From positions 1,600,001 through 1,664,000 of the forward strand of contig JAXHLW010000013.1 in the NCBI GenBank assembly GCA_034521815.1: a stretch of 64,000 nt of DNA. Direction: 5' to 3'. This document shows, in pieces, positions 10,045 to 20,769 of the stretch (the first letter of the stretch is position 1; each line of letters begins with the position of its first letter). Source of the DNA: Trueperaceae bacterium. GTDB lineage: Bacteria; Deinococcota; Deinococci; Deinococcales; Trueperaceae. The notes beneath the pieces are model-generated. The model was given only the letters and a program-made list of their open reading frames with translations, searched no databases and was not told where the DNA came from. The position numbers and the translations under genes were made by a program.

Positions 10045-11274
10045 TCAGTTCGCGGGGAGGTCGGGAGCGTCGGCGGGATCGAACGGACGCTCGTACTGGC
10101 GCTCGCTGTAGATCTCGTGGTCTTCCTCGCCGACGACGACGATCTGTCCGAGCGTGCCCTTGTGGAAGGTCCGGAAGATGCTGTGGTCGACGAGGTTCAG
10201 CGTCGAGGGAACCTCTGCGCGGAACTCGACCATCGCGGAGCCGCCGGCGGGAACGAGCGTGGTCTGGACGTTCTCGTTCACCATCATGCCGCCCTCGACG
10301 TACACCCGGTCGAAGATCTCGCCGATGACGTGGAAGCTCGAGACGAGGTTGGGGCCGCCGTTGCCGACGAACAGCCGGACGGTCTCGCCCACTTCGGCGT
10401 GCAGGGCGTTCTCGCCGGCGATGGCGCCGACCCGGCCGTTGAACAGGACGTAGCTGGGGTCCTCGTCGATGGCGCGCTGCATGTCGAACGGCTGGTGGCC
10501 GGGCTCGCCGAAGTCGCCGGGGGTGTAGAAGTCGCCCTGGACGACGTAGTACTCGCGGTCCACCTCGGGGTAGCCCTCTTCGGGCTCGACCACGATCAGG
10601 CCGTACATGCCGTTGCCGATGTGCATCCCGACGGGCGCGGTGGCGCAGTGGTAGATGTACACGCCCGGGTTCAGGGCGCGGAAGGTGACGCCGGTCTCGT
10701 GACCCGGCATGGTCAGCGTCGCCTCGGCGCCGCCGCCGGTGCCGGTCACGGCGTGCAGGTCGATGTTGTGCGGCATGGCGCTCTCGTGCGAGTTCTTGAA
10801 GTTCAGGCGGACGGCGTCGCCCTGGCGGACGCGGATCATCGGGCCGGGAACGCTGCCGTTGAACGTCCAGAAGGTGTAGTCGACGCCGTCGGCGATCTCC
10901 ATCGTCTCTTCGGTCGAGATGAACTCGACGTCGACCAGCGCGGGATGGTCGCGGTCGACGGGCGGCGCGGCGTTCGGGGCGTAGCCGAGCTCGGCTTCGA
11001 CGACGGGCAGGTCGGCGACGTCGACGAGCTCGACGGGAGCGAGCGCTTCCTCGGGCATCGTCACGTCGTGACCGGTGGAGGTGTCCTGGACGTGCTGGAC
11101 GATGGGCTGGGCGGCAGGCTGGACGGGCGCCGCGTCGACGCGGGTGGACGCTCCGCGGTCGACCAGCCAGCCGGTGGTGCCGATCGCCAGGACGCCGAGC
11201 GCGAGAACGATCGCGACGAGGGCGGTGCCTCCGTCGATGGACGTGCGGTTCTGGGTGGAGCGGGGAATCTTCAT
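10045..11274 (-). CDS. nirK: Copper-containing nitrite reductase (AniA-like)
   Basis: [49 protein letters not shown] copper-ligand motifs. N-terminal hydrophobic segment. RBS AAGGAGG. Confidence 0.95.
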   Translation of the reverse strand: MKIPRSTQNRTSIDGGTALVAIVLALGVLAIGTTGWLVDRGASTRVDAAPVQPAAQPIVQHVQDTSTGHDVTMPEEALAPVELVDVADLPVVEAELGYAPNAAPPVDRDHPALVDVEFISTEETMEIADGVDYTFWTFNGSVPGPMIRVRQGDAVRLNFKNSHESAMPHNIDLHAVTGTGGGAEATLTMPGHETGVTFRALNPGVYIYHCATAPVGMHIGNGMYGLIVVEPEEGYPEVDREYYVVQGDFYTPGDFGEPGHQPFDMQRAIDEDPSYVLFNGRVGAIAGENALHAEVGETVRLFVGNGGPNLVSSFHVIGEIFDRVYVEGGMMVNENVQTTLVPAGGSAMVEFRAEVPSTLNLVDHSIFRTFHKGTLGQIVVVGEEDHEIYSERQYERPFDPADAPDLPAN

Positions 11275-11348
11275 CGGGTCTCTCCTCCTTGGGCTCCGAT
11301 CTATCTCGGAGTTGATGGTCGGAGAATATCTGCGACATCCACGTCCGA

Positions 11349-11368
11349 GTAGGGACGAGTGTCCCAAC
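11349..11368. promoter_or_regulatory. Palindromic candidate operator GTAGGGAC-N4-GTCCCAAC upstream of nirK
   Basis: Near-perfect 20-bp dyad 75-95 nt upstream of the nirK start in a divergent intergenic region. Confidence 0.4.
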
Positions 11369-11427
11369 GCACCCCCACCGCCACGGCGAGCCGTGCACGG
11401 CCCCGCCCCGACGTGGTGGGATGACGC

Positions 11428-12684
11428 ATGCCGACCACATCCCCTGCCGACGCCACGCCGACCCACCCGTCCGCTGCCGACGCCGCCGCACCCGATAGGC
11501 GCCGATCCGGTCCCATCACCTCGGCCGAGCGAGCCGCACGCGCCCACGCCCTCTTCGGCGCCCTGGCCGACGACGTCCGCGCCGTCGTGCTGTTCGACGA
11601 CCAGTACGTCCAGTACTACACCGGCTTCGTGTTCGCGCCGACCGAGCGGCCGATCGGCGCCGTGCTGCTCCGGGACGGCGAGCGCGTGCTGTTCGTACCG
11701 AGGCTGGAGCTGGAGCATGCCGAAGCCAGCGCCGACGCCGACCGCGTCGTCGCCTACCCCGAGTACCCCGGCAGGCGGCATCCGATGGAGATCCTCGAGG
11801 AGGAGCTCCGCACCGCCGGCGCCACCCGCGGCGTGATCGGCGTCGACCACGACGGCTATCCGCCCGTGATGGGCTACCGCCCCTGGCCGCTGAGTCGGCG
11901 GGTCGCGATCCGGCCCGTCTCCGAGACGGTCGACGCGCTCATGTCGCTCAAGAGCGAGCACGAGATCGCCCTGATCCGCGAGAGCGCCCGCTGGGCCGCC
12001 CGCGCCCACCGGCTCATGCAGGACGCCACGCGTGTGGGCCTCAGCGAGCCCGAGGCCGCCGGCCCCGCCAGCCGCAGCGCCAGCGACGAGCTGGCCGCCG
12101 CGATGGGTCCCGGCTACCGCCAGCGCAACCGCTGGATCTCGGGCGCCGTCGCGCTCTACCGAGGGCAGATCGGTCCCGCCTCGGCGTTCCCCCACGCGCT
12201 GGCGGACGACGTTCGCTTCGCTCACGGCGACGTCCTCGTCACCGGCGCCAGCGCCGACGTGTGGGGTTACATGTCCGAGCTGGAGCGCACCATGGTACTG
12301 GGTGCCGCCGCGCCCGAACAGGTCCGCTTCTTCGACCACATGGTCGCGCTCCAGGACCTGGCGTTCGAGACGATTCGCGCCGGCGTTCCGTGCGCCCATA
12401 TCGACGAGGCGGTCCAGGCGTACGTCGACCGGCACGACCTCCGCCCGCACTGGCGGCACCACGTCGGCCACTCGCTGGGCCAGCGCATCCACGAGAGTCC
12501 GTTCCTGGACGTCGGCGACGCCACCGAGCTGCGCCCCGGCATGGTCCTCAGCGTCGAGCCCGGCCTGTACGTGCCCGGCCTCGGCGGCTTCCGGCACAGC
12601 GACACCGTCCTCGTGACCGAAGACGGTGTCGAGATGCTGACCGACTACCCGCGCGACCTCGCGTCGCTCACGCTGCCGGCCTGA
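11428..12684 (+). CDS. M24 family Xaa-Pro peptidase
   Basis: Creatinase-like N-domain, [36 protein letters not shown]. Confidence 0.9.
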   Translation: MPTTSPADATPTHPSAADAAAPDRRRSGPITSAERAARAHALFGALADDVRAVVLFDDQYVQYYTGFVFAPTERPIGAVLLRDGERVLFVPRLELEHAEASADADRVVAYPEYPGRRHPMEILEEELRTAGATRGVIGVDHDGYPPVMGYRPWPLSRRVAIRPVSETVDALMSLKSEHEIALIRESARWAARAHRLMQDATRVGLSEPEAAGPASRSASDELAAAMGPGYRQRNRWISGAVALYRGQIGPASAFPHALADDVRFAHGDVLVTGASADVWGYMSELERTMVLGAAAPEQVRFFDHMVALQDLAFETIRAGVPCAHIDEAVQAYVDRHDLRPHWRHHVGHSLGQRIHESPFLDVGDATELRPGMVLSVEPGLYVPGLGGFRHSDTVLVTEDGVEMLTDYPRDLASLTLPA

Positions 12685-12735
12685 CGGCGCCGGTGGGCGG
12701 TCGGCCCGACCGTGTCGTTCTCGCTGTAAGCCTGA

Positions 12736-12772
12736 CGGTGCGCGCCCCGCTACGTCCGCGGGGCGCGCACCG
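12736..12772. terminator. 15-bp perfect hairpin between convergent genes (probable bidirectional terminator)
   Basis: cggtgcgcgccccgc-tacgtcc-gcggggcgcgcaccg. No U-tract. Confidence 0.55.
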
Positions 12773-12790
12773 GCCCGGGCGCCGAAGCTC

Positions 12791-13012
12791 TCAGCCCTTG
12801 CGCTTGGCGTCGGACGCCGGCGTCGTGCGCATGTTCAGCATGGCGTAGAGCGGGCAGAACCCCACCGCGCCGGTCACCAGCAACACCGCGCCGACGATGC
12901 CCAGCAGCCATACCCAGACACCGGTCACCATCCCGGCGAACGCCACCACCAGCAGCGCGACGCCCACGATCACGCGGACGATTCGATCGACGGAACCTTC
13001 GTTGGTCGTCAT
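12791..13012 (-). CDS. DUF2892/YgaP family small membrane protein
   Basis: [10 protein letters not shown]...[10 protein letters not shown] signature. RBS AAGGAGG. Confidence 0.9.
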   Translation of the reverse strand: MTTNEGSVDRIVRVIVGVALLVVAFAGMVTGVWVWLLGIVGAVLLVTGAVGFCPLYAMLNMRTTPASDAKRKG

Positions 13013-13081
13013 AGTCGCCTCCTTCGCCAATTAGGCTAGACCCCTGTCCCCACCAACACAATGGCGGATATGGTGCGAATC

Positions 13082-13690
13082 ATGACGACGCGCGATCGAC
13101 TCCTCGCCCACCTGAAACGAGCCGGCGACGCCAGCGTCCACGATCTCGAAGGCGCGCTCGAGCTCAGCGAGAACGCCGTTCGACACCACCTCGCGCGGCT
13201 GCGCGCCGACGGTCTGATCGAGGACGCCCCGCCCAGGCGAGGCACGCCAGGGCGTCCCGCCCGCCGCGTCCGTCTCACCAGCGCCGCCGAGGGCCACTTC
13301 CCCAAGCGCTACGACGAGCTGTTGCAGCTCGTTCTGGCCGAAGCCGAAGCGGATCAGCGCCTGTCGGGCCTGCTGGACCGGGTCGCCCAGCGACTGGCGG
13401 ACAGCGTCCACGACGAGCTGAGCGCGCTTCCACCCCGCGAACGCCTGCGAGCGCTGATGGAACGGCTGGACTACGGCGAGATGATGGGACGCCTGGACGA
13501 GACGAGAGGCGGCTGGACGTTCGAAGCGCACAACTGCGTCTACTACCAGGCGGGCCTGCGCTTCGAGCCGGTGTGCGACCTCCTCCCCCGCACCATCCGC
13601 CGCGCCACCGGGCTCCCGGCCGAACGTGTGGTGTGCCAACGGGACGGCGCACGCGCCTGCCGCTTCGCCGGCGGCTTCGTCGAGGACTGA
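13082..13690 (+). CDS. HTH transcriptional regulator (SufR/ArsR-like) with Cys-containing C-terminal domain
   Basis: HTH LSENAVRHHL, GRP motif, HNCVY...VCD...C..GARAC. Start could be 13061 or 13070. Confidence 0.85.
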   Translation: MTTRDRLLAHLKRAGDASVHDLEGALELSENAVRHHLARLRADGLIEDAPPRRGTPGRPARRVRLTSAAEGHFPKRYDELLQLVLAEAEADQRLSGLLDRVAQRLADSVHDELSALPPRERLRALMERLDYGEMMGRLDETRGGWTFEAHNCVYYQAGLRFEPVCDLLPRTIRRATGLPAERVVCQRDGARACRFAGGFVED

Positions 13691-13776
13691 TCGTCGAGGA
13701 CCGACCGTCCGAGGACCGGCTCGTCGAATCGCGAAGCATGGACGCCTCTCATCGAAAAACCCTCTAAGGTGCGTCC

Positions 13777-15909
13777 ATGGAACCTCACGCATGCTCTCGA
13801 CCCGTCGACCGTGATGGACGTCCGGCGCGCCGCGTCCGCCGCCTCGCCTCGCTCCTCGTGGCCCTGGTCCTGAGCGCCGCGGCGTCGGCCCAATCGGGCT
13901 CAGCCGGATCGGGCTCAGCCGGATCGGACATCACCCAGGCCGACCTCCCGGTCACGCGCCTGGTGGCGACCACCAGCGGCCTGGCCACCTTCGAGCACGA
14001 AGGCACCGTCAGCGGCAGTCAGGAGCTGGTCCTGAGCGTCCCCGAGGCGGCGATGGACGACCTGCTGCAGAGCCTGGTGCTCCAGGACCTGGACGGCGGC
14101 ACCGTCCGTCCCGTCCGCTACGCCGCCCGCGACGCGCTGGGGCGGGTGCTGGCCAGCTACGCGTTCGACCTGCGCGAGACGCCCGGGCTGGCCGAGCTGC
14201 TGGCGCAGGCCCGCGGCGAGGAGCTGATCATCGACGGGCCGTCGGAGCTGCGCGGCACGCTGCTGTCCGTCGAGCGCGTCGACGAGCCCGACGAGGCTCC
14301 CGCCTGGTTCCTGACGCTGGTGCACGACCGTGGTCTGACCCGGCTCCCGTTGGCCGACGTCCGCTCCGTGCGCTTCGAGGACGAGGCGCTGCAGGACGAG
14401 CTGAACGCCGCGCTGGCGGCGTTGGCGCGAGACCGTGGCGCGAACATCGGCCAGCTCCGCATCCGGTTCGAGGGCGTCGGCGAGCGCCGCGTCCGCGTCG
14501 CGTACGTCCGCGAGATGCCGGTCTGGAAGACCAGCTACCGGCTGGTCGTCGGCGACGACGGCAGCGCCGAGCTGCAAGGCTGGGCGATCCTGGACAACCC
14601 GACCGACATGGACCTGAACGACGTCCAGGTGACGTTCCTGGCCGGCCAGCCGATCTCGTTCGTCACCGAGCTGTTCGGTCCCGTGTACGTCGACCGCCCG
14701 CGCGTCTCGGTCGACACCGGCCCGCAGATCGTCCCCGAAGCCGACGCGGGCGCCCTGGACGGAGCGCAGGCCGAAAGCGCCTTCGCGCCCGCGCCCAGCG
14801 CGGCTCGCGCCGCGGACGGCGTGGCCATGATGGCCGCCCCTGCCGCCCCCGAGCTGCGAGGTGCCGGCGTCGAGGCGGCCGCCACCGGCCAGCGCACCGC
14901 CAGCGCCTACGCGTACCGCGTCGACGAGCCCGTCACCGTCGGTCGGCACGCCTCGGCGATGGTCCCGATCGTGCAGGCCACCCTGCCCGCGACGCGGCTG
15001 ACGGTCGTCGACCCCGAGCTGGCGAACGGCGCGCCGCTGCGCGCGGTCCGGATCGAGAACGACTCGGGCGCGCTCCTGGCGGCCGGGACCGTGACCCTGT
15101 ACGACGAGGCCGGCTTCGCGGGCAACGCCCGCCTGGCCGACCTGGCCCCGGGAGGCGAGCGGCTGCTTCGCTACGCCGGAGACCTGGGCGTCCGCGTCGG
15201 CAGCGAGCGGGAGACCACGCCGGAGCGGGTCGTGTCGGTTCGGATCGACGGAGGCCTGCTCAGAAGCGAGGTCCGCCATCGCGCCATCACCCGCTACCGC
15301 ATCGCGCGCGACGACGACGAGCCTCGCCTGCTGGTGATCGAGCACCCCGCCCCCGACGGCTGGACCGTCGCGTCCCCCAGCCCGGATCCGGTGCGGACGG
15401 AGGACGCCTGGCGCTTCGGCGTCGCGCTCGGGGACGCGGAGGACGGCGCCGAGGAGAACGAGGCCTTGCCCGTGCAGCTCCGCTGCGACGGCGAGGAGGC
15501 GTGCGTCCTCGAGGTCGCGCTCGAGCGGACCGAATCCCAGACGACGCAGATCACGAACCTGTCGTCCGACCGGATCGCGGTGCTGCTGCAGAACGTGGAG
15601 CTCGACCCGGCCGACCGCGAGGCGCTCACGCGCATCGCCGAGCTTCAGCGCCGCGTCGCGCAGCTGGACGCCGCCATCGCCGACCAGCAACGGAGACGGG
15701 ACGACATCCACCGCGAGCAGGACCGCATCCGCGAGAACATGCAGGTTCTGGAGCGAAACTCCAGCCTGTACCGGCGCTACCTCTCCGACCTCGAGGCCCA
15801 GGAGGACGAGCTGGACGTCGTGCTCACGGCGATCGAGGGGTTCCGCAGCGAGAGGACCGAGGCCACCACGCGTCTGAACGACGCGATCCGGGCGCTGCCC
15901 GAACGCTGA
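13777..15909 (+). CDS. DUF4139 domain secreted protein with C-terminal coiled coil
   Basis: Signal peptide, LPVTRLV..SGLA.FEH.G, DDLLQSLV, PVWKTSYRL, LQGWAILDN, C-terminal EQDRIRENM. Confidence 0.8.
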   Translation: MEPHACSRPVDRDGRPARRVRRLASLLVALVLSAAASAQSGSAGSGSAGSDITQADLPVTRLVATTSGLATFEHEGTVSGSQELVLSVPEAAMDDLLQSLVLQDLDGGTVRPVRYAARDALGRVLASYAFDLRETPGLAELLAQARGEELIIDGPSELRGTLLSVERVDEPDEAPAWFLTLVHDRGLTRLPLADVRSVRFEDEALQDELNAALAALARDRGANIGQLRIRFEGVGERRVRVAYVREMPVWKTSYRLVVGDDGSAELQGWAILDNPTDMDLNDVQVTFLAGQPISFVTELFGPVYVDRPRVSVDTGPQIVPEADAGALDGAQAESAFAPAPSAARAADGVAMMAAPAAPELRGAGVEAAATGQRTASAYAYRVDEPVTVGRHASAMVPIVQATLPATRLTVVDPELANGAPLRAVRIENDSGALLAAGTVTLYDEAGFAGNARLADLAPGGERLLRYAGDLGVRVGSERETTPERVVSVRIDGGLLRSEVRHRAITRYRIARDDDEPRLLVIEHPAPDGWTVASPSPDPVRTEDAWRFGVALGDAEDGAEENEALPVQLRCDGEEACVLEVALERTESQTTQITNLSSDRIAVLLQNVELDPADREALTRIAELQRRVAQLDAAIADQQRRRDDIHREQDRIRENMQVLERNSSLYRRYLSDLEAQEDELDVVLTAIEGFRSERTEATTRLNDAIRALPER

Positions 15910-15952
15910 GGCGGACCGCGCCGACCGTCAGGAGCGGCCGCGGGCGAGCGGA

Positions 15953-16858
15953 TCAGTCGTTCTCCCGCGCCGCCTCCCACGCGCCGCGGCCCGCCTCGTC
16001 CAGGCGAGCGACGTCGTCGTCCGAGAGCTCGAGCTGCGCTGCACGCACGTTCTGCTCCAGGTGGTCCACCTTGCCGGTCCCGGGGATCGGCAGCATCACC
16101 GGGCTCCGAGCCAGCAGCCAGGCCAGCGCCACCTGAGCGTGCGTGGCGTCCAGGCGGGACGCGACCTCGTCCACCACACCGCCCGGCTGGGCCAGCTCGC
16201 CCGCGGCCAGCGGGAACCAGGGGATGAACCCGATCGCGTTCGCCTCGCAATGGTCGAGAACCTCCTCGCTGTCGCGGTTCGTGAGGTTGTAGAGGTTCTG
16301 CACCGTCGTGACGTCGAACCACGCCGAGGCCGCCTCGATCTCCTCGACGCCCACCTGACTCAGGCCGACGTGCCGGATCAGCCCCTCCTCCTGCATCGCC
16401 CGGATGACGTCGAACTGCTCGTCGCGCGGGACCGCCGGATCGATGCGATGCAGCTGCCACAGGTCGATGCGCGAGACGCCCAGGCGACGCATGCTCATCA
16501 GCACGCACTGGCGCAGGTATTCCGGGCGGCCCACCGGCTTCCAGACGTTCGGACCGTGCCGCGTCAGGCCCCCCTTCGTCGCGACGACCAGACCGTCGTA
16601 CGGATGGAGCGCCTCGCGCAGAAGGTCCTCGCTCACGAACGGTCCGTAGCTGTCGGCGGTATCGATCAGGTTCACGGCCAGCTCCGGCAAGCGCGTCAAG
16701 ACGCGCCGCGCCTCGTCCGGGTCCTCCGGATCGCCCCAGATGCCGTCGCCGGTCACGCGCATCGCGCCGAAGCCCAGGCGATGGACCTCGAGGTCGCCGC
16801 CGATCGTGAAGGTGCCGCTGGCCGCGGCGTTCGGCTCGTCGTTCAGGTGTTTGGACAT
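15953..16858 (-). CDS. Aldo/keto reductase
   Basis: [30 protein letters not shown]-like (MLPIPGT) motif. Confidence 0.93.
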   Translation of the reverse strand: MSKHLNDEPNAAASGTFTIGGDLEVHRLGFGAMRVTGDGIWGDPEDPDEARRVLTRLPELAVNLIDTADSYGPFVSEDLLREALHPYDGLVVATKGGLTRHGPNVWKPVGRPEYLRQCVLMSMRRLGVSRIDLWQLHRIDPAVPRDEQFDVIRAMQEEGLIRHVGLSQVGVEEIEAASAWFDVTTVQNLYNLTNRDSEEVLDHCEANAIGFIPWFPLAAGELAQPGGVVDEVASRLDATHAQVALAWLLARSPVMLPIPGTGKVDHLEQNVRAAQLELSDDDVARLDEAGRGAWEAAREND

Positions 16859-16961
16859 GGCTCGACCCTACCCCCCGGCGACAGTCGTGCCGGTCGAGGC
16901 GCGCACCGTGCCCGCGCCGGAAGCCGGTGCGACGGGCGTCCCGCCGTGGCATGCTCGATCG

Positions 16962-17374
16962 ATGAGCGCGCCCGAAGATCTATCGGCCCTGCTCCGCGAC
17001 CTTCGGCCCGAGCTCGCCGAGGGGCCGTTCGTGTTCGCCGAGGCCACCGTCCACGAGACTGACCACGAGACTGACGGACTGGCCCCGTTCGCGACCGTGC
17101 TCGAGGACGAGGGGCTGACGCTGGTGCTTCCGCTCGCGCAGGCGCAACGGGCCGGACTGCCGTTCGACTTCGTCGCCGCACGCATCACGCTCCGCCTGTC
17201 GTCCGAGCTGACGGCCGTCGGTCTCACCGCCGCCGTCGCGGGGCGTCTGGCGCGAGCCGGCATCGCCTGCAACGTGATCGCGGGCCTGCACCACGACCAT
17301 CTGCTGGTCCCGTGGGAGCGCGGCGAGGAGGCGCTGACCCTCCTCGAGCCGAGCTGCGCGACGCGCCGCCGTAG
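16962..17374 (+). CDS. ACT domain protein (DUF2241-type) with a probable 1-nt deletion near 17348
   Basis: LRPEL..GPFVF, EDEGLTLV, SELTAVGLTA, CNVIAG.HHDHLLVP. One added G gives LLEAELRDAPP* at TAG 17372-17374; as written the ORF reads on to 17459. Confidence 0.8.
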
Positions 17375-17379
17375 GCCCT

Positions 17380-18508
17380 GCTCTTCACCGGTCCGTCCAC
17401 CGATCGGCGCACACGGACCCGCAGCCGATGCGCCGTGCCGAACGACGAGGTCGAAGTAGCCGCGGAACTGCTCGATCAGCCCGGTGCGGGCGTCGGGTCC
17501 CGGCAGGTGCAGCCGGTCCGCGACGTCGCGCCACGCCGCGAGCTCCTCGTCCCGCAGCTCGATCCGGGCGCGAAGGTCCGCGAGCGCGTCCGGAGCGACC
17601 TTGCGCAAGCGAGCGTACGTCTCCAGCGCGAAGACCAGGGCCGAACGGCTCTGCTCGTTCGTGAACGCGTTGTCGTCCACGTTCTCGTGGTACTCGTCGG
17701 GACCCAGCACACGGCGGATCTCCCAGCGGCGGCGGTGCGGGATCCACACCACGAACGACGCCAGGAAACGCGCGACCTCGAACACGATCTCGGCGCCCCT
17801 CTCGATCAGGAACGACTCGTCCCCGGTCGCGTCCAGGTAGTCGCGCACGGCGACCGCCACGTCCGGCGAGACGTGCATCTGCCAGTCGTTGAAGTGGTTC
17901 CGGATCGGACGTCCGGTCACGACCTCGCGGAAGAACCAGTCGGGACAGAGCTCCTCGCCGTCGTCTCCGCTGATCCAGGCGTAGAACGCGCCGTGGTAGC
18001 CCAGCCGCTCCGCTTTGCGTCGCGCGCCGGGAAGCGTGCGCCAGCGGTAGCTCAGGATGCGGCGCGCGACCTCGGGCCGGGTGTGCAGGAACACGTCGAG
18101 GTTGTACGCCTCCTGGTCCCAGAACGCCGCGCCCTGGTACGCCTGGCACGAAAGGCCGCGCGCGCCGATCGGCAGCCGGTCGGAATGCTCCGGCGTGGCG
18201 ATGCGGTTGTGGTAGATCGCGAACCGGAGCGCGCGCTGCGCATCGTCGTCGCCGTCGATCCGCACGTCGGAGAGCTGCCAGAACCGCTCCCAGTCGTCCG
18301 CGTTCCGGGCCGCGAGCGCGTCCCAGCCGGACGCCAGCGCGCGCTCCACGCTGGTGACGGCGGCCGCGGCGGGGTCGTCCGCGACGTCCGTCGCCGGGTC
18401 GACGTCGTTCGACGACGCCACCGCGAACGCGCGCAGCACCGTCGCCGTGCCGTTCGCCGGATCCAGGGCTCTTGGTCGCTCTCGCCCGCGCGTGGGATCG
18501 TCCCTCAT
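17380..18508 (-). pseudogene. Glycoside hydrolase family 65 (kojibiose/maltose phosphorylase-like), internally deleted
   Basis: IGARGLSCQAYQGAAFWDQE, VLGPDEYHENVDDNAFTN, LIEQFRGYFDL. Most of the N-terminal domain and the C-terminal part of the barrel are missing. A HRLRVRV tail lies in another frame. Confidence 0.8.
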
Positions 18509-19386
18509 CCGGGCTCCTGGTCGCTCGCGCCCGGAAGCGGCGCCCCGCAACGCCGACAGAAGGCGGCGTCGGCCGCGTGGCCTCCCGCGCCGCAGGCGTC
18601 GCAGCTGCGTGACCCGCCGCCGTTCGCGTCGGCGTCCGGCGTCGGCTCCGGATCGGCCATCGGCGCAGGACGGGACTCCCACACCGACGCCCGCGTCAGC
18701 TCGCTGGTCACGATCCCGGTCGGGACGGCGATGATCGCGTAGCCGAGGATCATCACCGCCGCAGCCAGCGTCTTGCCGACCGGCGTGCCGGGAGCGACGT
18801 CGCCGTAGCCCACGGTCGTGAGCGTGACGATCGCCCAGTAGATGGCCACGGGGATGCTGTCGAACCCGTTGGCCGGCCCCTCGATCAGGTACATCGCCGA
18901 GCCGATGATCAGCACCAGCGTCAGCACGGTCACCAGGAACACCGTGATCTTCTCGCGGCTGGCCCGCAACGCGCGGACCAGGACCCCGGCCTGGCCCAGG
19001 TAGCGCGCCGCCTTGAGCACCCGGAACACGCGCAGCAGTCGAAGCGAGCGGATCACCAGCAGGTACTGCGAGCCCACCAGCACGACGCTCAGGTAGGTCG
19101 GCAGGATCGCGAGCGCGTCGATCACGCCGTAGAAGCTGCGGACGTACCGCAACGGCTTTCGTGCCGTGTAGATCCGCGCGACGTACTCGATCGTGAAGAG
19201 ACCGGTGAACACCCACTCCAGCGTGCGCAGCGTGTCCCCGTAGCGTGCGCGGACCCCGGCCATGCTCTCGAGCAGGACCAGCGCGACGCTGAGCACGATC
19301 GCCCAGAGAAGCGCCACGTCGAACCCGCGCGCCGCCGGCGTGTCGGTCTCGAAGATGATGTCGCCTAGACGCTCCCTGAACGACAT
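18505..19386 (-). CDS. Voltage-gated K+ channel family ion transporter
   Basis: S4-like IRSLRLLRVFRVLK, selectivity filter TTVGYGD, C-terminal CxxC...CxxC. Confidence 0.93.
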   Translation of the reverse strand: MSFRERLGDIIFETDTPAARGFDVALLWAIVLSVALVLLESMAGVRARYGDTLRTLEWVFTGLFTIEYVARIYTARKPLRYVRSFYGVIDALAILPTYLSVVLVGSQYLLVIRSLRLLRVFRVLKAARYLGQAGVLVRALRASREKITVFLVTVLTLVLIIGSAMYLIEGPANGFDSIPVAIYWAIVTLTTVGYGDVAPGTPVGKTLAAAVMILGYAIIAVPTGIVTSELTRASVWESRPAPMADPEPTPDADANGGGSRSCDACGAGGHAADAAFCRRCGAPLPGASDQEPG

Positions 19387-19422
19387 GCCCCAGGCTACGC
19401 CAGCCGGGCGTACGATGGCCGG

Positions 19423-20682
19423 ATGCGTGCCAAAGGACTCGGCGAAGCGAACCGAAACTTCTGGCTGGGCGTGTACAACGGCATCCTCGTCAACGGCGGC
19501 GAGGCGTTCTTCCACAGCGGGCTGGTGCTGGCCCCGTTCCTCGCGGCGCTGGGCGCGCCCGCCTGGGCGATCGGCCTGATCCCGACGGTACGTATCGGCG
19601 GCTGGTTCCTACCGCAGCTGTTCGTCGCGAGCCGCCTGGCGCACCAGCCGTTCAAGCTGCCGGTCTATCGCCGCTCGTCCACCGTGCGCGTGCTCGCGTT
19701 CGCCGTCCTCACCGCGACCGTGTTCGCAGCAGGCGACCGGCCTGGACTGATCGTCGTCGTGACGCTCGTCGTCCTGGGCGTGAACGCCATCGCCGGCGGG
19801 GTCGGCGGCGTGCCGTTCGCGGACGTCACCGCCAAGGTCGTGCCGCACTACCGGCTGGGAACGTTCTGGGTGCTTCGCAACGCGATCGGCGGCGCCCTGG
19901 CGCTGCTGGCGGGTCTGGTGCTGAGCCGGGTGCTGGACTCGAGCTTGCCGTTCCCGCGCGACTTCGGCCTGGTGTTCCTGCTGGGCTCGACCCTGATGGC
20001 GGGCGCCTACCTGGCGTTCGCACTGGTCCGGGAGCCGGCCGGGACGCCGGCGCTACGCGAGCCGATGCGGGCCATGCTTCGGCGTCTGCCCTCGGTGCTC
20101 AGGCAAGACGAGAGCTTCCGGCGCTACCTGCGCGTGCGGTTCCTGGCGCTGGCCGCCCTGCTGGCGGAGCCGTTCTACGCCGTCCACGCGATCAAGAACC
20201 TGGGGGCGCCGGTCACGTCGCTGGGAACCTTCGTGGTGATGGCGACGTTCGCCTCGATCGCCGTGAACTTCGCGCTGCGTCGGCACGCCGACCGGGGTCG
20301 GAACGTGACGGTCCTGCACATCGCGCTGACGCTTCTGGTCGCCGCACCGCTGGCCGCGCTGACGATTCAGGATCCGCGCGCGTTCGGCGTCGTGTTCGCC
20401 CTGTCCGCCGCCGGCACGTCCGCGATGGGCATCGCGGCGTGGAACCTGCTGTACGCCGTCTCGCCCGCACCCGAACGACCGCTCTACGTCGGCGTCGCGA
20501 ACAGCGTGCTGGCCCTGCCCAGCCTGGCGCCGGTCGTGGCCGGCCTGGCCGCGGGACTGATCGGCTTCAGGCCCCTGTTCGGCGTCGCCGCCCTGGTCGC
20601 GGCGAGCAGTCTGGCGTTCTCGTTCCGCTTCGTTCAGCTCCGCGAGCTGGACCGCGCGGCGCTGGAGCACGAGCCGTCCTGA
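19423..20682 (+). CDS. MFS transporter
   Basis: About 12 TM segments, leaderless start (TACGAT-N6-ATG). Confidence 0.85.
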   Translation: MRAKGLGEANRNFWLGVYNGILVNGGEAFFHSGLVLAPFLAALGAPAWAIGLIPTVRIGGWFLPQLFVASRLAHQPFKLPVYRRSSTVRVLAFAVLTATVFAAGDRPGLIVVVTLVVLGVNAIAGGVGGVPFADVTAKVVPHYRLGTFWVLRNAIGGALALLAGLVLSRVLDSSLPFPRDFGLVFLLGSTLMAGAYLAFALVREPAGTPALREPMRAMLRRLPSVLRQDESFRRYLRVRFLALAALLAEPFYAVHAIKNLGAPVTSLGTFVVMATFASIAVNFALRRHADRGRNVTVLHIALTLLVAAPLAALTIQDPRAFGVVFALSAAGTSAMGIAAWNLLYAVSPAPERPLYVGVANSVLALPSLAPVVAGLAAGLIGFRPLFGVAALVAASSLAFSFRFVQLRELDRAALEHEPS

Positions 20683-20769
20683 CAACGCCTCGAAAGGTCC
20701 TCGCCGTGACTCTGGGCGTGGTGGCTGTACCGTGGCGGCTGTACCGTGGTGGCCTTGCGCGCCTCGGCT

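Noticed and set aside
11275-11345. FNR/DNR box upstream of nirK
   Set aside because: TTGAT is present near 11312 but has no ATCAA half-site at the 4-nt spacing.
10045-12597. 850-aa extended NirK
   Set aside because: The extension is the antisense shadow of the M24 peptidase. The real start is ATG 11274 with a strong RBS.
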